Made by a program: the position numbers and the translations under genes. The notes under the pieces are model-generated. The model ran no database searches, had not been told where the DNA came from, and was given only the letters and a program-made list of their open reading frames with translations. Positions 12,114 to 24,379 of a stretch of 64,000 nucleotides of DNA are shown in pieces; within the stretch, counting starts at the first letter, position 1; every line of letters starts with the position of its first letter. The stretch is from Zootoca vivipara (lineage: Eukaryota). The DNA is taken from contig NC_083285.1 in the NCBI RefSeq assembly GCF_963506605.1, forward strand, positions 34,348,001 to 34,412,000, in the 5' to 3' direction.

Positions 12114-13044
12114 AGCAATCAAAATGTCATGCTAGAAGAGGGAGAGGTGGCCCCTCCGTAATTGGATGGCAAGTGATGGAACTTAGAAGTTCTCCAGATA
12201 AAATGCATCCAGTATTAAAACAGCCAAAGTTTACTTGAGTTATGTAAGGGATTAATCTCTATTTACAAAACACAAAGACTTGTAAATAATGTCCAAACCA
12301 ACCTTAGAGCTATTAGGATCCATTTAACATTTTTAAGAAGCATCAGCAGAAATGTAGATTTTCAAGATATGATGAAAAGTTAAGGACATTGGATTGCAAC
12401 CATTTCGTTTCTAGTCAAATTACACCAATGAAAATCTATAGGCTTACATTAGTCATATCCATTCATTTCAATAGGTCGACTCTGAGAATGACAGGCATTG
12501 AATACAACCATACAGATCATTCAAAGACTGAGCAATGACAGTTGGGAGTGGAGAGCCTTAGGAGGTAGATATTTGATTAACTGCCCATGACTGGATTGGG
12601 AAGATGAACTTTTTTTAATCACACGGAATGCGTGCTATCACTAGCGTGCTATTATTTTGGCCCTGATGGTGAGCTTAACAAGCTGCCAGGATCTAGAGCT
12701 TTGTGAGTATCACTGTGACTCTCAGAATCAAGGGAAATGAAATTCTGATATGCTGATGCTGAGAAGCATCTCTAACCTTGTGTCAGCTTGCAGCTTGAAT
12801 GACAGCAACTGAATCTGTGCTATATAGGCAGGGTGGATGGCAGAACAGAATAGCAGACAAAACCTCATGCTCACAGCTAAGCCTTCAGCCTTCTGTGACA
12901 TATGAAACACTTCTTAGCATACAGGAACAACAGTTATATGGGAGCCCGAGAGCACATTCAAAAACCTCATTCTGTTATTCAAGTGGCACTGTCTACTGAT
13001 AACAGGCAAGAACATCTGACATGCTGTGCCTTTTGATCTTTCAG

Positions 13045-13269
13045 ATAAACAAGGCAAAGCCTCCTCAGTGGAAAATGACCCTTCTAAATATCTGTGACCT
13101 CCTAAGCAACATAAACAACCAGGAAGAGGATGTGGGTGATGTTGAAGAAGAAGACCTCCTGTCAAGAAGACAGTTTCCCTCTACTCTCGATGGCTCCACT
13201 TTGGAAGCTTTGTTGACATTGTACCAGCTTCAGAAAGTCTGCCACAGCAGAAACTTTCAGCACTGGGAG
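13045..13269 (+). CDS. NTS: NTS coding exon 3 (INKAKPPQWKMTLLNIC...VCHSRNFQHWE)
   Basis: Acceptor tctttcag|ATA, donor GAG|GTAAGT, 225 nt. Carries the conserved WKMTLLNxC and CHSRxFQHWE motifs of pro-NT/NN. Confidence 0.97.
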
Positions 13270-14071
13270 GTAAGTCAAATCATGGTGGGAACCCAAGTTT
13301 TGCTTTACTTTGGTCATATTACTATGAAAAGCCATTTTTATTCATACAGTGCACAGATGAAATTATTAGTATGTTTTTCCTAGTTAGCAAGGTATTGAAT
13401 GAAATTGTCCATAGTTTAACAGGCCCTCAGGCTAGAATTTTTATTCCTAGATTAGGGATGTCATAGTTTTATTCCTACCGGTAAATGATGAAGGAAATTA
13501 TATGGGACCCAATCTCGCCCTAAAACTTCAGAGTCTGACTTCTCAGCCACAGTATGCAAAGTAATACTTTAAAAGACAATACCTTAAAAATGTACAAAGT
13601 CCCATCTCCTTGACTACTGCAAATCCCCAACTAGTTCCCATGCATCTAGAATTAGATGGAAAGAGTTCAAAAGGAGAGGGGTGCAGGTAACATCCACTTA
13701 ATCTTTATTTCTGCATGCAATAAGTTTCTGATCCTTAGGACATGAAGGATATTATTTTATTATTCATATCATTTCTATACAGCTTTCGATTTTAAGGGGG
13801 GGGGCATCTCAAAGCGGTTTACAACACATCAAAACATCAAATAAAACAATCCAGAATAAAACATTCAAATATTGGAAGGAAGTCAGATATAAATTATACA
13901 TTCGAAACAACACAATTAACAGGAAACTAAAATATCTTCTTAAATATTTCAGTTGGAGTTGGGGGAAAACCCCTATTGGGTAATGGGAGTTGTTGGGGAA
14001 GGCTAGTGTAATTGTTGACAATTCTATAGTAATTGATTAGCTCATATTACATGGTATTAACTTTAGGCAGC

Positions 14072-14110
14072 ATAGATGATAGGTAGATGACAGAGATAGA
14101 TTAGATAGAT

Positions 14111-14154
<44 letters not shown>

Positions 14155-14164
14155 TAGATAGATA
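14072..14164. repeat. (GATA)n microsatellite in NTS intron 3
   Basis: Direct reading. Confidence 0.92.
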
Positions 14165-14239
14165 TGATTCAGATGTGCTCCCCTCACCAAAAGTCCACAG
14201 GAAAACAATGATTTCATATTATTTTGTTATTACCAACAG

Positions 14240-14386
14240 TTACTTCAGCAAGATGTTTATGACCCTGAAAATGCAAGCCAAGATAAAGATCTGATGAAGA
14301 GGAAAACTCCTTACATTCTGAAACGGCAACTACATGTCAACAAAGCCCGCCGACCATACATACTGAAGAGGAGTTCGTATTACTGA
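14240..14386 (+). CDS. NTS: NTS coding exon 4 encoding neuromedin N-like KTPYIL and neurotensin QLHVNKARRPYIL
   Basis: Acceptor ccaacag|TTA. Translation is LLQQDVYDPENASQDKDLM-KR-KTPYIL-KR-QLHVNKARRPYIL-KR-SSYY-stop (TGA 14384-14386), with three KR convertase sites. Not in the supplied ORF track because it is too short. Confidence 0.98.
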   Translation, partial: LLQQDVYDPENASQDKDLMKRKTPYILKRQLHVNKARRPYILKRSSYY

Positions 14387-14571
14387 CTCAGCAGTTAAAG
14401 TAGTGTTTATTTAGTTTCTAAGTAACTGTGCTTTATGGTTACCTTATTTCAACCTTAAATCTTATTTGTGTGGAAAATAGATTATGGAAAGTGACTGTGT
14501 CTTTCTTGCCACTGTTGTTTATTGGTTGTTATTTTTTCCTACTTAAAATTCATTGGAATAATATATTTGAA

Positions 14572-14577
14572 AATAAA
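14572..14577 (+). terminator. NTS proximal polyadenylation signal AATAAA
   Basis: First AATAAA after the stop codon, about 185 nt into the 3' UTR. Confidence 0.6.
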
Positions 14578-14824
14578 TCTAGTTTCTAAGCATTATGCAT
14601 TGTACACCACTGAGAATTTTGAAGAGCTGGCAACATTGTTTACTTTGTGATACACACTCCTTTCAGCAAGTAGAAGAGCATAGTTGTATAAAGCCTTACA
14701 AGGATATTTCATAATTCAAGCCATGTTGAATTATCCATAGTTATTACACAAGTAAATTGCAATATAAAACATTTTGACATTCATGATGATGAGTTATGCC
14801 ATCAGTTACTATAGAATGCTTATT

Positions 14825-14830
14825 AATAAA
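14825..14830 (+). terminator. NTS distal candidate polyadenylation signal AATAAA
   Basis: Second AATAAA in an AU-rich, repeat-free 3' UTR-like segment. Confidence 0.45.
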
Positions 14831-15064
14831 TTCATAACACCCAAATGCATTTTTATCGTCCATTCTAGCTTAAACTGATTCAGAAAATGAAGGACAAAGC
14901 CCATAGAAATTATATGCACCTTAAAACCCAGACAAATCAGGGTGATTGACAGCACATTCCTATGTTCAGAAGTAAATCCCATTCTATCCAGTGGGGCTGG
15001 GTGCAAAGGACTGGAGCCTTCATGGCACAATTAAAGCTGCAATCCTTTACTCATTTTCTTGGGG

Positions 15065-15521
15065 GCAGAGATGGAAATAGCTGTCAATATCAGTTCTATC
15101 CATTTCTCTCTCTCTTTTTCCAATCTAAAATTCAGTTCTCCACATTTCTGCAGCAATTTGCATTTTCTCTCTTTAAAAAAAATCCTCATGAAAATTTATC
15201 AGCATTTTTGTGCAAATGTCTCCTAGCCCAGAAATGTATGTATGCAGTTCTAAGTAACGTACACAGTGCTGTAAGTAATTTATCTTGGTGTAATGAATTT
15301 TGTATGATATTTTCACAAATAGCTTCATCTTTAGGCACACTTTCCCCTAATATATACCTTAGAGAAATATTATTTGGTCAGAGAACTGCATCACGTAATT
15401 CAGATACATCCACATTTCAAAGGATAGCTGTGCTTTTGTTCTCATATTGTTTCAGAAAGTGTGGAATTTGATAGATTTGGCTTTAAATGAGAACTGAATT
15501 GAATTTTCTTCCCCAGCCCTA
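15065..15521. repeat. Old dispersed non-autonomous repeat (related copies at about 34980-35390, 40490-40760, 59900-60165)
   Basis: Shared degenerate blocks (ttctccacat, gagaactg, tttgcaaaaatgtgtatatt and reverse complements) and TAGGG-type ends. Probably a DNA-transposon derivative. Confidence 0.5.
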
Positions 15522-15959
15522 CTTTGGAGTAAGTGCCATTGAACTCGGTGTGACTTACTTCTGCATTGACAGGCCTTGGAATGTACTGTGAATTTATAAG
15601 GAACACTTAACTGTCTTAGGATCACTATCTCCTATGCACTAGAACCCAATGGACAGTTCGGAAAGAAAAATGAAATATTGTCAACTGGTTTGGAGAGCAA
15701 AAAGTATGGCAATCATTGGGGCTGGGCTTGATTTCTTAACTGGAAGCTACACTGATGGCTTTGATATGGAAATTGATAGGTTATAATGTGCTTCAGGTGC
15801 TCCATTTTACTGAACTCGTATGGCTAGGATATGATAGGTAGCTTTTAAGTTATAGAGATCTCTTCATCAGGCATGAAGTCAATATCTATTGGAAACTTCA
15901 GAGCTCTGAAAGAAGAGTAAAATTGGATGTGAAACTTGCTGCAAAGTGGGAAGAGTATA

Positions 15960-16229
15960 AAGGTAAAGGTACCCCTGACCGTTAGGTCCAGTCGCGGACG
16001 ACTCTGGGGTTGCAGCGCTCATCTTGCTCTATAGGCCGAGGGAGCCGGCATTTGTCCACAGACAGCTTCCGGGTCATGTGGCCAGCATGATGTGCTTTCA
16101 AACTGCTAGGTGGGCAGGAGCTGGGACTGAACAATGGGAGCTCACCCCATCGTGGGGATTCGAACTGCTGACCTTCTGATTGGCAAGCCCCAGGCTCAGT
16201 GGTTTAGACTACAGCTCCACCCACGTCCT
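15960..16229 (-). mobile_element. Sauria SINE (internally deleted)
   Basis: (AAAGGT)n tail, tRNA-like head on - (B-box complement ggattcgaac), TSD aagagtataaaggt at 15951-15964 and 16233-16246. Confidence 0.88.
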
Positions 16230-18007
16230 GGAAAGAGTATAAAGGTTCACTAATGTGGGGAAACTCAAGGTCAAATCCTTACTCATTATTATTATTACTC
16301 AGTCTTTAAGATTTGGTATCATCGAACCAGTTGCTATCATTCAGCTAAACATTCCCTCACAGAGAGTATAGAATACAAATTTCATACTGATAATTTAATT
16401 TTTTTTATAAAAACACATTTTAAGCAAATTAAAGGTGCTAAAATGTTTTCAAAAACCTAATGAGACTCATGCATTCACTGAAATTGGATTATACTTAGAA
16501 TTCCTGAAGGCAGAGCTATCACCAGACCATATGCCAAGATAAAGTAAGCACATTTAATACTACACGGATCAATCAAAATATCAATATCGGACTGATAACA
16601 GCTCTGCGTGTCATCAGTCTGGGGTTCCTCTCATCATCTGCTGATTTTCAAGTGGAGATACCAGCAATTGAACCTGAGAATTTATTCATGAATAACACAT
16701 TGTTTTCACCAAGCTATGGATGAGGGATGGGGAATCAGTGGTCCTGCTGGACTGCCACTCCCATATTAACCGGCCATGTTGACTGGGGCTGATGAGAGCT
16801 GGAGTCCACAGGTTCTCACTCCTCCTGTGAGCCCTTCCCAGCTCAAAATATGATGTGACTTTTTGAACTGCAGGTCTTTGTATTTTGAATACTCCCCCTA
16901 CAAATTTACCCCATCGTTAGCCCTTATCAGTGATGGTTCTGAAGGTTCAATAAAGGGTGGAGAGCCAGTGAAACAAGCTAGGAAGCGTGGAAAACAAATA
17001 GTAGATAAAGGAAAGGAAATCCCAGTGGCACAGGGAAGCAGCAGGTGGAAATGATGATGGATACAAGAGTGAATGGATGCTTGTGTTGCATACATGCTGA
17101 AAGTGAGAGATAAAATGAAGTCCATTGGGAAATGGACTGGAAAGAAGGAAGATGTAATATCACAATGCTACCCAAAGCCTTTACAATTGTTCTGTGAGTC
17201 CCTTTCTTATTCATGCTGGTAGGATATCATAGAAGGGTATAACCAGCGTGAAAACAAAACTCTGCCGTGATAACTCCCTGAAAAAGGTGAAAAAACTCAA
17301 CTAATAATTCCTCAAAGACAAATAATAGATTTAAATATTCCAAAAGAAACTTAGTATAGAAAAGAAATAAGTATCCCAAAATAACCTCTAAATGAAATAA
17401 ACCTTGACGAAGTGCTGGCTAAGTTACTCCTTTCACTGGAAAATATCTGTTTCCTCAGAAGGAAAATGTTAATGTTAAAGGGCTGAGAAATATCATTGCT
17501 CATTGAAAAGTTAAAACACAGGGCTGCAAAAGCTCTCTTGGTTGTGATGGTATGTCCCCATTATTCAGACTGCTAAAGGGTGTTTCTAATTCTTGGCTTA
17601 TATACCAAATGGAGCTCCATTTCTTAAAGGGCTAGGAACCATAAATAGTCTTAGGGCGTGTCAAAGGACACTTTCAACAGTAAAATACAACAAACTTACA
17701 CAATGCTGGTTCTAAATTGCTCTTAGCATAGAGAGAATTATAGAGGAATAATAGTACTAAATATGATTGTAAAATGAAAAGGAAGTATCCTTGTTTATAA
17801 TCACAGTAAAACACTGTAAGCGCTCCTGATCTGAAACATAACTCCAAGCTAACCTCTTAAAGAAAAGGATGTTTGTGACCTTATATTTAACGTTCTTGGA
17901 ATTAATGAAAATGGGTCTTTACAAGAAGGGACTAATATCCATTTTCGTGTTAAGGCATATAGGCAGGCATATAAGCAGGCATATAAAAGACAAAATAGAA
18001 GGTACAT

Positions 18008-18202
18008 AAAAAAATTCCTTCAGTAGCACCTTAAAGACCAACTAAGTTTTTATTTTGGTATGAGCTTTCGTGTGCATGCACACTTCTTGCATGCACACGA
18101 AAGCTCATACCAAAATAAAAACTTAGTTGGTCTTTAAGGTGCTACTGAAGGAATTTTTTTATTTTACTTCGACCCAGACCAACACGGCTACCTACCTGTA
18201 AC
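18008..18202 (+). mobile_element. Penelope-like element terminal repeat with perfect fold-back
   Basis: 75-bp perfect inverted arms (18006-18080 / 18088-18162), tail cagaccaacacggctacctacctgtaac, TSD tagaaggtacat at 17996-18007 and 18203-18214. Confidence 0.8.
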
Positions 18203-18264
18203 TAGAAGGTACATGACATCTTAATAACTTCCACCAATAAAACCAATATTTTAGTTTCCCAGAA

Positions 18265-18735
18265 TATGATATTGTGTGACCAGGCCATGACAGCCCCAGC
18301 CCCCAGGGATCATAAGAAAGGAATAAAGACTCTGACAATGTGTTATGGAATTAAAATTAGGCCACAACTTTATTAATCTTCCGAACGTGGGAAGATTTTG
18401 GCCTAGGCCTTGGGCGTGTATCCCTCCCAGCCCCCCAGCTGGGGAACTGGGGCACATCAGAGTTAATGGGATATGGGGGTGCACTGCGAGACATATGTGT
18501 ACGCAGGCAGCCCAGCCCATATCCCCGCACACAGGGTAGTTCACTGACAACTTTTCAGTGTATGGCCAATGACACCCATTATATAACCCCTTTTAAAAGA
18601 GGACCCTGGAATCGCCGCCAGGGTGTGTGTGTGGGGTGAGTCACCACTTCATGCCCCCCCTATAGGGAAGAAAAGACTAAAGGATTCCACCCAAGGCCAT
18701 AACCGCCAAAGTTGTGACGAATTGCTACGGGGAAA
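18265..18735. repeat. Unclassified CpG-retaining insertion, possibly an LTR fragment
   Basis: Abrupt rise in GC/CpG. Contains TTTATT (poly(A) signal on -) near 18369, TTATATAA near 18579 and an internal inverted repeat gggatatggg/cccatatccc. No TSD found. Confidence 0.35.
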
Positions 18736-21296
18736 TTGATCAGAATTTCTCAAGTTCAGATGCAATGTAAAACTGCAGTTGATTCAAAAAGTGGAAGCTT
18801 TCAGTCTCCTCCTTTTGCAGTTTCCCATTTCTTCTAAACTGTATTTTTTCATGTGTCACTCGGAACTGTTTAGCTATAAAGAATTCTTTTGAGCATTTAC
18901 ATTTGTTGTAGGGTTTGTATTTCAAAATATTCTACTGACCTCTTGTTCTTCACAGTTATCAACAAGGTATAGACTAGAAACCTAATCGGCACACTCTATT
19001 CCAATAAGCTTTTTAAAAGTGCTAGCTGCAAAATGCAGTGAAAGTTAATATAGCCACAACATAGCATTAAAAAGGCCTCTTCGCTTAGGAGGCTTTGTGC
19101 TTCTCTAGTTAAAAAATGCCTTATCTTACAGTGTAGAAAGAGCATCTACCGTATGAGTCATCTTCCCTAAAGTTTTATGAATGCAAAAATAAGTGTCCAG
19201 CACTTTTGCTAGAAAGTTGCTTTAACATTGCATTGCATAATTCTCAGTGAAATAGTTAAGTCACTTTGAGACAATTTTTCTGTAATAAGTGACAAATATA
19301 ATAATATTATATATAATATAATAACACAGCTATGGGGAACATGGAATTAAGAACCTTCCTGGAACACCTGAAAACTTCTCGGAAACCCCACAAAAAGAAA
19401 ACAGCTTTGATTGTATCCTTTAAGAGATTCTGCATAAGACTCTAAGAGTACCGGAGCGCTCTCTCTCTCTCTCTCTCTGGATTCACGCAGTGGGTCTTTA
19501 ATGCTGACAGAAACATGTTATCATCATTTTCAGGCCAGCTTTGCAAAAGACACCCCGAAGCCTGCCTATGCACCCTATGTTTAAAACACATTATCCCCCA
19601 AATCCCCCAATGACTGTTGGAAACTTCACAGAGCTACAATTCCAAGCACACTTATGAAATTAATGTTCATGAGATTCTTTGTGTGTGTGTGGTTTTTAAT
19701 GTATGGTGTTGCATGCAGCCAAAATCAAAACTCCTTGGCTTGCCTCTGAGCTGCTTGCTTAGAATAAATTTACATCTCAGCAGGCAACAATTTAACACTG
19801 CACTTTCACTCTTCAGATTTTCATAGGGAAACCTACTCCCTCTGGACCACGCCCCAGTATCTTTTGTTGTAGTTCTATTAGTTTCTCCCCTCAGTAAATG
19901 ATAGAGGACTTCTGTGAGCACATGCTGAAGCTCAAACCAAACCCTTACACTGTACAGAAAGCAGTGAGTAACCTCACAGACCCATCCTCTATGGTTCTCT
20001 AATCCTCTTTAAAAGCTATCCAAGTTGGTGAATATTGTCACATCTTGTTCTAATGAATGCTGTAAGTTAATAATAGTGTGTGAAGAGGCACTTCCTTTTG
20101 CCTGTCCTGAACCTACTGTCCATCACTCTCTCTGAATTATAATAGAATGAGAGAGGGAGGTGAAAACGTTACCACGTCAACTTTCGACATGCAATGCATC
20201 ATTTGCAGAACTGAGAGGAAGACAGGGTGAAGGTGCAATGCTTTGGAAGTGAAATCAACCACAACTTTATTACCAAGCTCTAAAAAAGCTATTATAAACA
20301 GTGTGTTGCAGGGTAGGTGAGTTTATTTCATTTCCTTTGTGAATCGACGTCTGTCACTTGATAACAGAAGCCCCAAATTCTATCATTTAAATGTCACTCA
20401 GTTTTAAATGTTTTGTGACTACTTTAGAGGAATTTTCATTCCAGAGTAATGTAGGGTGTGTGAATTGTTCTTACTTCTTCTCTCAGTCTAACACTAAATA
20501 AAAACTCAACACTTAAGAGTGTTTATGTCAAAGCTGGAATGCATTCTGAAAACCTGGGTTGCCTATACATATATGTTTGGCTAGCCACGAGATTTTCAGT
20601 CCTTTCTCTTATGCGCTAAAGATTCCTTCCTGATTTGACTCTAGGTCTGATTGGATATACTTTCAATCAGAACTGGGGTCCAATCAGGAAGGATTGGTTA
20701 GCTGGAAGATCATAAAAGCCCACCTCAAGGAAAAGTGAATTTCACGAGCTCTAAAATTCTTCTTCAGCTATAATTAAAATTAAAACTGGAGATGAATTTC
20801 AAGTTTCCACCCACAAGTTTCCACTAGCTAGAATTATCTGGAAAAGCTTTCTTCTGCCCCCCCTCCCCAACATGCTCTCCCCTTCCATTGGCTTATTTTG
20901 CAAGTAGAAGAAGCCACAACAGAAGATGGAGAACAGAGAGGTGAGAATGATGTCCTCTTTCTATCCCATTTTCTCCTTTATTGTGATAGGTTAGGCAAAG
21001 TGCATCAGGGTACAAAGCCCAGGAACTGTGGAAGATGCTGTTCTCCTAAGAATTGCTGCAATGTGGGACTCCTGCTGCATGGGAAAATAAATTCTGACCC
21101 CTTGAGTTCAGATAAATAGGTTAAGTGCAGGGCAAGATCTCGTGAGAATGAATTTCTTACCTAACATCTGAAGATCCTAAGACTTTGGGTCAGAACTTGA
21201 GTTAGACCATCTATCTCCATCATTCACTGATTGACAACAGTTCTCCAGGGATCCGAACAGGGATATTCCCAGCTCTACCAGGAAATGCCAACAATG

Positions 21297-21465
21297 GGAA
21301 CATAGGGAATTTCCATATGCTTGGTTCGTCTAGCTCAGTATTGTCTACACTGACTGGCAGTGGCATTTCAGGGTTTCAGGCAGGGCTCTCACACAGCCCT
21401 ACCTGGAGATGCCAGAGATTGATCTTCGGCAAGCAAAGTGAATACTCTACCACAGAGTTATGGCC
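21297..21465 (-). mobile_element. Old tRNA-derived SINE (related copies at about 32205-32385 + and 55230-55378 -)
   Basis: Shared ctagctcagtattgtctacactgactggcag block and degenerate tRNA-like head. Confidence 0.55.
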
Positions 21466-22228
21466 GTTTCCCAAACTTTGAAAAACATATCTCCATTTCT
21501 AAATGAGCAGAGATGGGAAATGCAACGGATTCGTTTTAGCCGTGACAAATCATTTTGCAGATAATGGGATTTAATCAACATCTGCAGTGGGCCATTCTGA
21601 GGACCAGTATAAGTGATGACACACCAGGCAGTAGAGCTCATCTGAACTATTTCCCTACAGATAGCTATGTGCTCAGGAAAGGCCAATTTGTTCTCTTTTG
21701 TCCAGATGTGGTTCAGCTATGCTTGAGTGAGTCCTGTGAGTCAATGCCTAAATTTCATCTTGTCATAAATATTCGTATCCATCAAAACTGTGGGACAGAA
21801 TGAAAGACTGGAGCAAAGAAAACAGCAAAATATATCTAAATAGAGTTTTGTGCACTTCAAAGGAATGGCATAGCATCCTGCATCACTGCATATAACCATG
21901 AGAACTTTACCCCTCACAGAACTACTTTTCTGAACACTCTACAGGTCCCAGGATTCTTTGGAAAATCTGCTTTAAATGTGCTTTACGTTCTTATGACCTT
22001 GTAGCCTACCTCATATTTTAGGGAACTCTAATAACTCAGGGCAGCAGTTCTTTGTAGAAATGAATATATTCAGTTTCATAGTGATGTGAATTGAATAACT
22101 AAGCATGAAAAAAAAAGCTTCCACATTGATTACCAATAAAATTAAGTGACTATTCTTCCATTTTGAGATGAATTTTTAGATGCCAAAACAAAATGATCTA
22201 TTTGTATTCATGTCGTTTTTTAATGTTA

Positions 22229-22247
22229 TAGCACCATCTGGTGGATA
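22229..22247 (-). promoter_or_regulatory. Candidate CTCF site
   Basis: Minus strand TCCACCAGATGGTGCTA is a close match to the CTCF core CCACCAGRKGGCGCTA. Confidence 0.5.
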
Positions 22248-22894
22248 TTTCTAGGAACAACTATTTAACAAAATATAACCATTGTGGCTCCGAGGGGGAG
22301 AAGTGGAAGCATAAAAACATACGGTAATAGGACTCCTGCTGGATGAGACCACAAGGCATATCAAGTTCAGCATTCTGTTTTCATAGAGGCCAACCAGATG
22401 ACAACTCAATCCTTGCAACCAGCACCTGAACTGGAAACAGAAAGCACCATTTTGGAGGACTGACTGGTATGACTGGCAGTTCCTGGTATGACAAAAAGAC
22501 TACAAGAAAACCATTCTGCCTAAGTCAATGCAGATATGTTTATTTATTGCTGTACTACATGCAGTTGATGGTCATCCCCACATTTTCTTTTTGTGCAGTT
22601 GTCAGCCTGCCAGGTCTTTTGGGACAGTTTTTTTCAGTTATGGTGCATCTCACAAATAAATAAGGCCTGTAAAGAAGGAAGCCACAGTTGACCATTAACT
22701 ACAGTTCAGTTTACTTCAGTTTTATTTACTACAGTAAGGTAAATAAGATGGGCATTAGCTTAAGTCCACTGATTTCAGTAGGATATCACCAAATAAAATG
22801 CCACCTGCTGAACTTCCAGTGTTAACAATTTCTCTCAATACCAATTAAAATCAAAGTAAGCACTCCATTTTGATTGTTTTAATATTGTTTTCTA

Positions 22895-23560
22895 AATTTA
22901 TTTTTTAGATTTCTTAGCTGCCCTTCACCATAAGCTCCCAGGGCAGATTGCAACAATATAATATACAATTATAAAAACAGATAGAAGAGTTACAATTGGG
23001 GGGGGGGATCCAGTAAAACTATCCAGCTAGAACAGCGCAGCACAGCTTCAAGAAAAGGGGTGCTTCCACAAAACAAGCGCCAGGGCAAAGAGGTATATCT
23101 TCAGCATATGGTGAAAGCTATACAAAAAAAAAAAAGCTAGTCTAACCCCCATGGGGATGGAACTCCACAAGTTAGGACTTGCCACAGGGAAAGCCTTTGA
23201 CCAGGCCACTATTCCCCACACTTTGAGAATGCTGGCGCTACAGAGAGAGCCCCCCTCTGCAGATCTTAACACTCCAAATGGTCTGTAGACATGGAAGCAG
23301 CTTTGCAGCTAAGTTGCTAAGGGCTTTAATCACTAATGTGAGAGGTCTGATTTGGGTCTTCTAATGAATTAGCAACGGGTGCAGCTGTTTTAAAATGGGT
23401 ATGTGTGTCTGTGTGCATGTGTATGTGTTATATGAGCTCTAAATTGGAATCCTGGCCAGTAGTCTGGCTGCCGTATTTTGGACTAATTGAATATTCTGAA
23501 TCCTCCTCAACAGCAGCCTCATACAGTTTTCAAGTTAGCAGAGCAGGAAGTAGAGTGGCC
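22895..23560 (-). mobile_element. Old L2-type LINE 3' fragment
   Basis: The minus-strand ORF remnant AFPVASPNLWSSIP resembles the L2 ORF2 C-terminal AFSVAAPxLWNSLP motif. Confidence 0.55.
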
Positions 23561-23927
23561 ATATCATGGATGGCATTTCTTTCAATCAATCCACACTATG
23601 AAAGCAAGCTAAGCAACCCTGGTACTCAGGGCTAACCTTTGTGCATTTTGCATTCAAGAACTTCGAAGCATAAAAAAAGAGCTTCAACACAGGAATTTGT
23701 GCTATGTCAATTCATGAAATTAATGGGATTTGAAGTGTGTTGTGTAACTTAATGCAGCCACAGCCACATCAAAACGTTAGGAAAGATCAGCAAGTACTGT
23801 TAAGCAAAAGAAAGGTCTGTGGACTATATCTGCAGTAAGCAAGAATCCAAGTGGCCACTAGGTGCTACTCCTACTCCAAATATCCAGAAATACAAATTCA
23901 GAAACAGCATTCTGTGAATATGACTTA

Positions 23928-24144
23928 CAGTCATACCTCTAGATACGAATGCTGTGAGTTGTGTACAACACGGGTTCCGAACGCGCCGAACCCGGAAGAA
24001 CAGAACGGTTTGGTGATTCGTGCATGCGCAGAAGCGCCAAATCGCGCGGTGAGCATGCACAGATTTGGCGTTTCAGGTTGCACACTGCTCTGGTTGCATA
24101 TGGGGCTCCAGAATGGATCCTGTTCACATCCAGAGGTACCACTG
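23928..24144. mobile_element. Tc1/mariner (Tigger-like) MITE
   Basis: Imperfect TIRs CAGTCATACCTCTAGAT / ATCCAGAGGTACCACTG, flanked by TA and TG (decayed TA TSD), with a CpG-rich palindromic interior. Confidence 0.7.
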
Positions 24145-24255
24145 TGTATGTTCATTTGCAAACAAGCTATTTATTCATTTTGTTTTATACTGGCAATCAC
24201 TACACCTTTCAGCAAATTCCCCATAATGGAAACAATTAAACATAAAGAATAGTGT

Positions 24256-24379
24256 AATAAGTGTGCATGCACACGAAAGCTCATACCAAAATATAAACTT
24301 AGTTGGTCTTTAAGGTGCTACTGAAGGAATTTTTTTATTTTGCTTTGACTCAGACCAACGCGGCTACCTACCTGTAACT
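24256..24379 (+). mobile_element. Penelope-like element terminal repeat, 5'-truncated, no inversion
   Basis: aagtgtgcatgcacacgaaagctcatacc...cagaccaacgcggctacctacctgtaac with TSD ataaagaatagtgt at 24242-24255 and 24380-24393. Confidence 0.8.

Noticed and set aside
13021-13383. 120-aa ORF as a stand-alone gene
   Set aside because: It is NTS exon 3 plus intronic read-through; splice sites delimit 13045-13269.
14962-15471. 169-aa ORF downstream of NTS
   Set aside because: Lies within an old dispersed repeat; no protein homology recognised.
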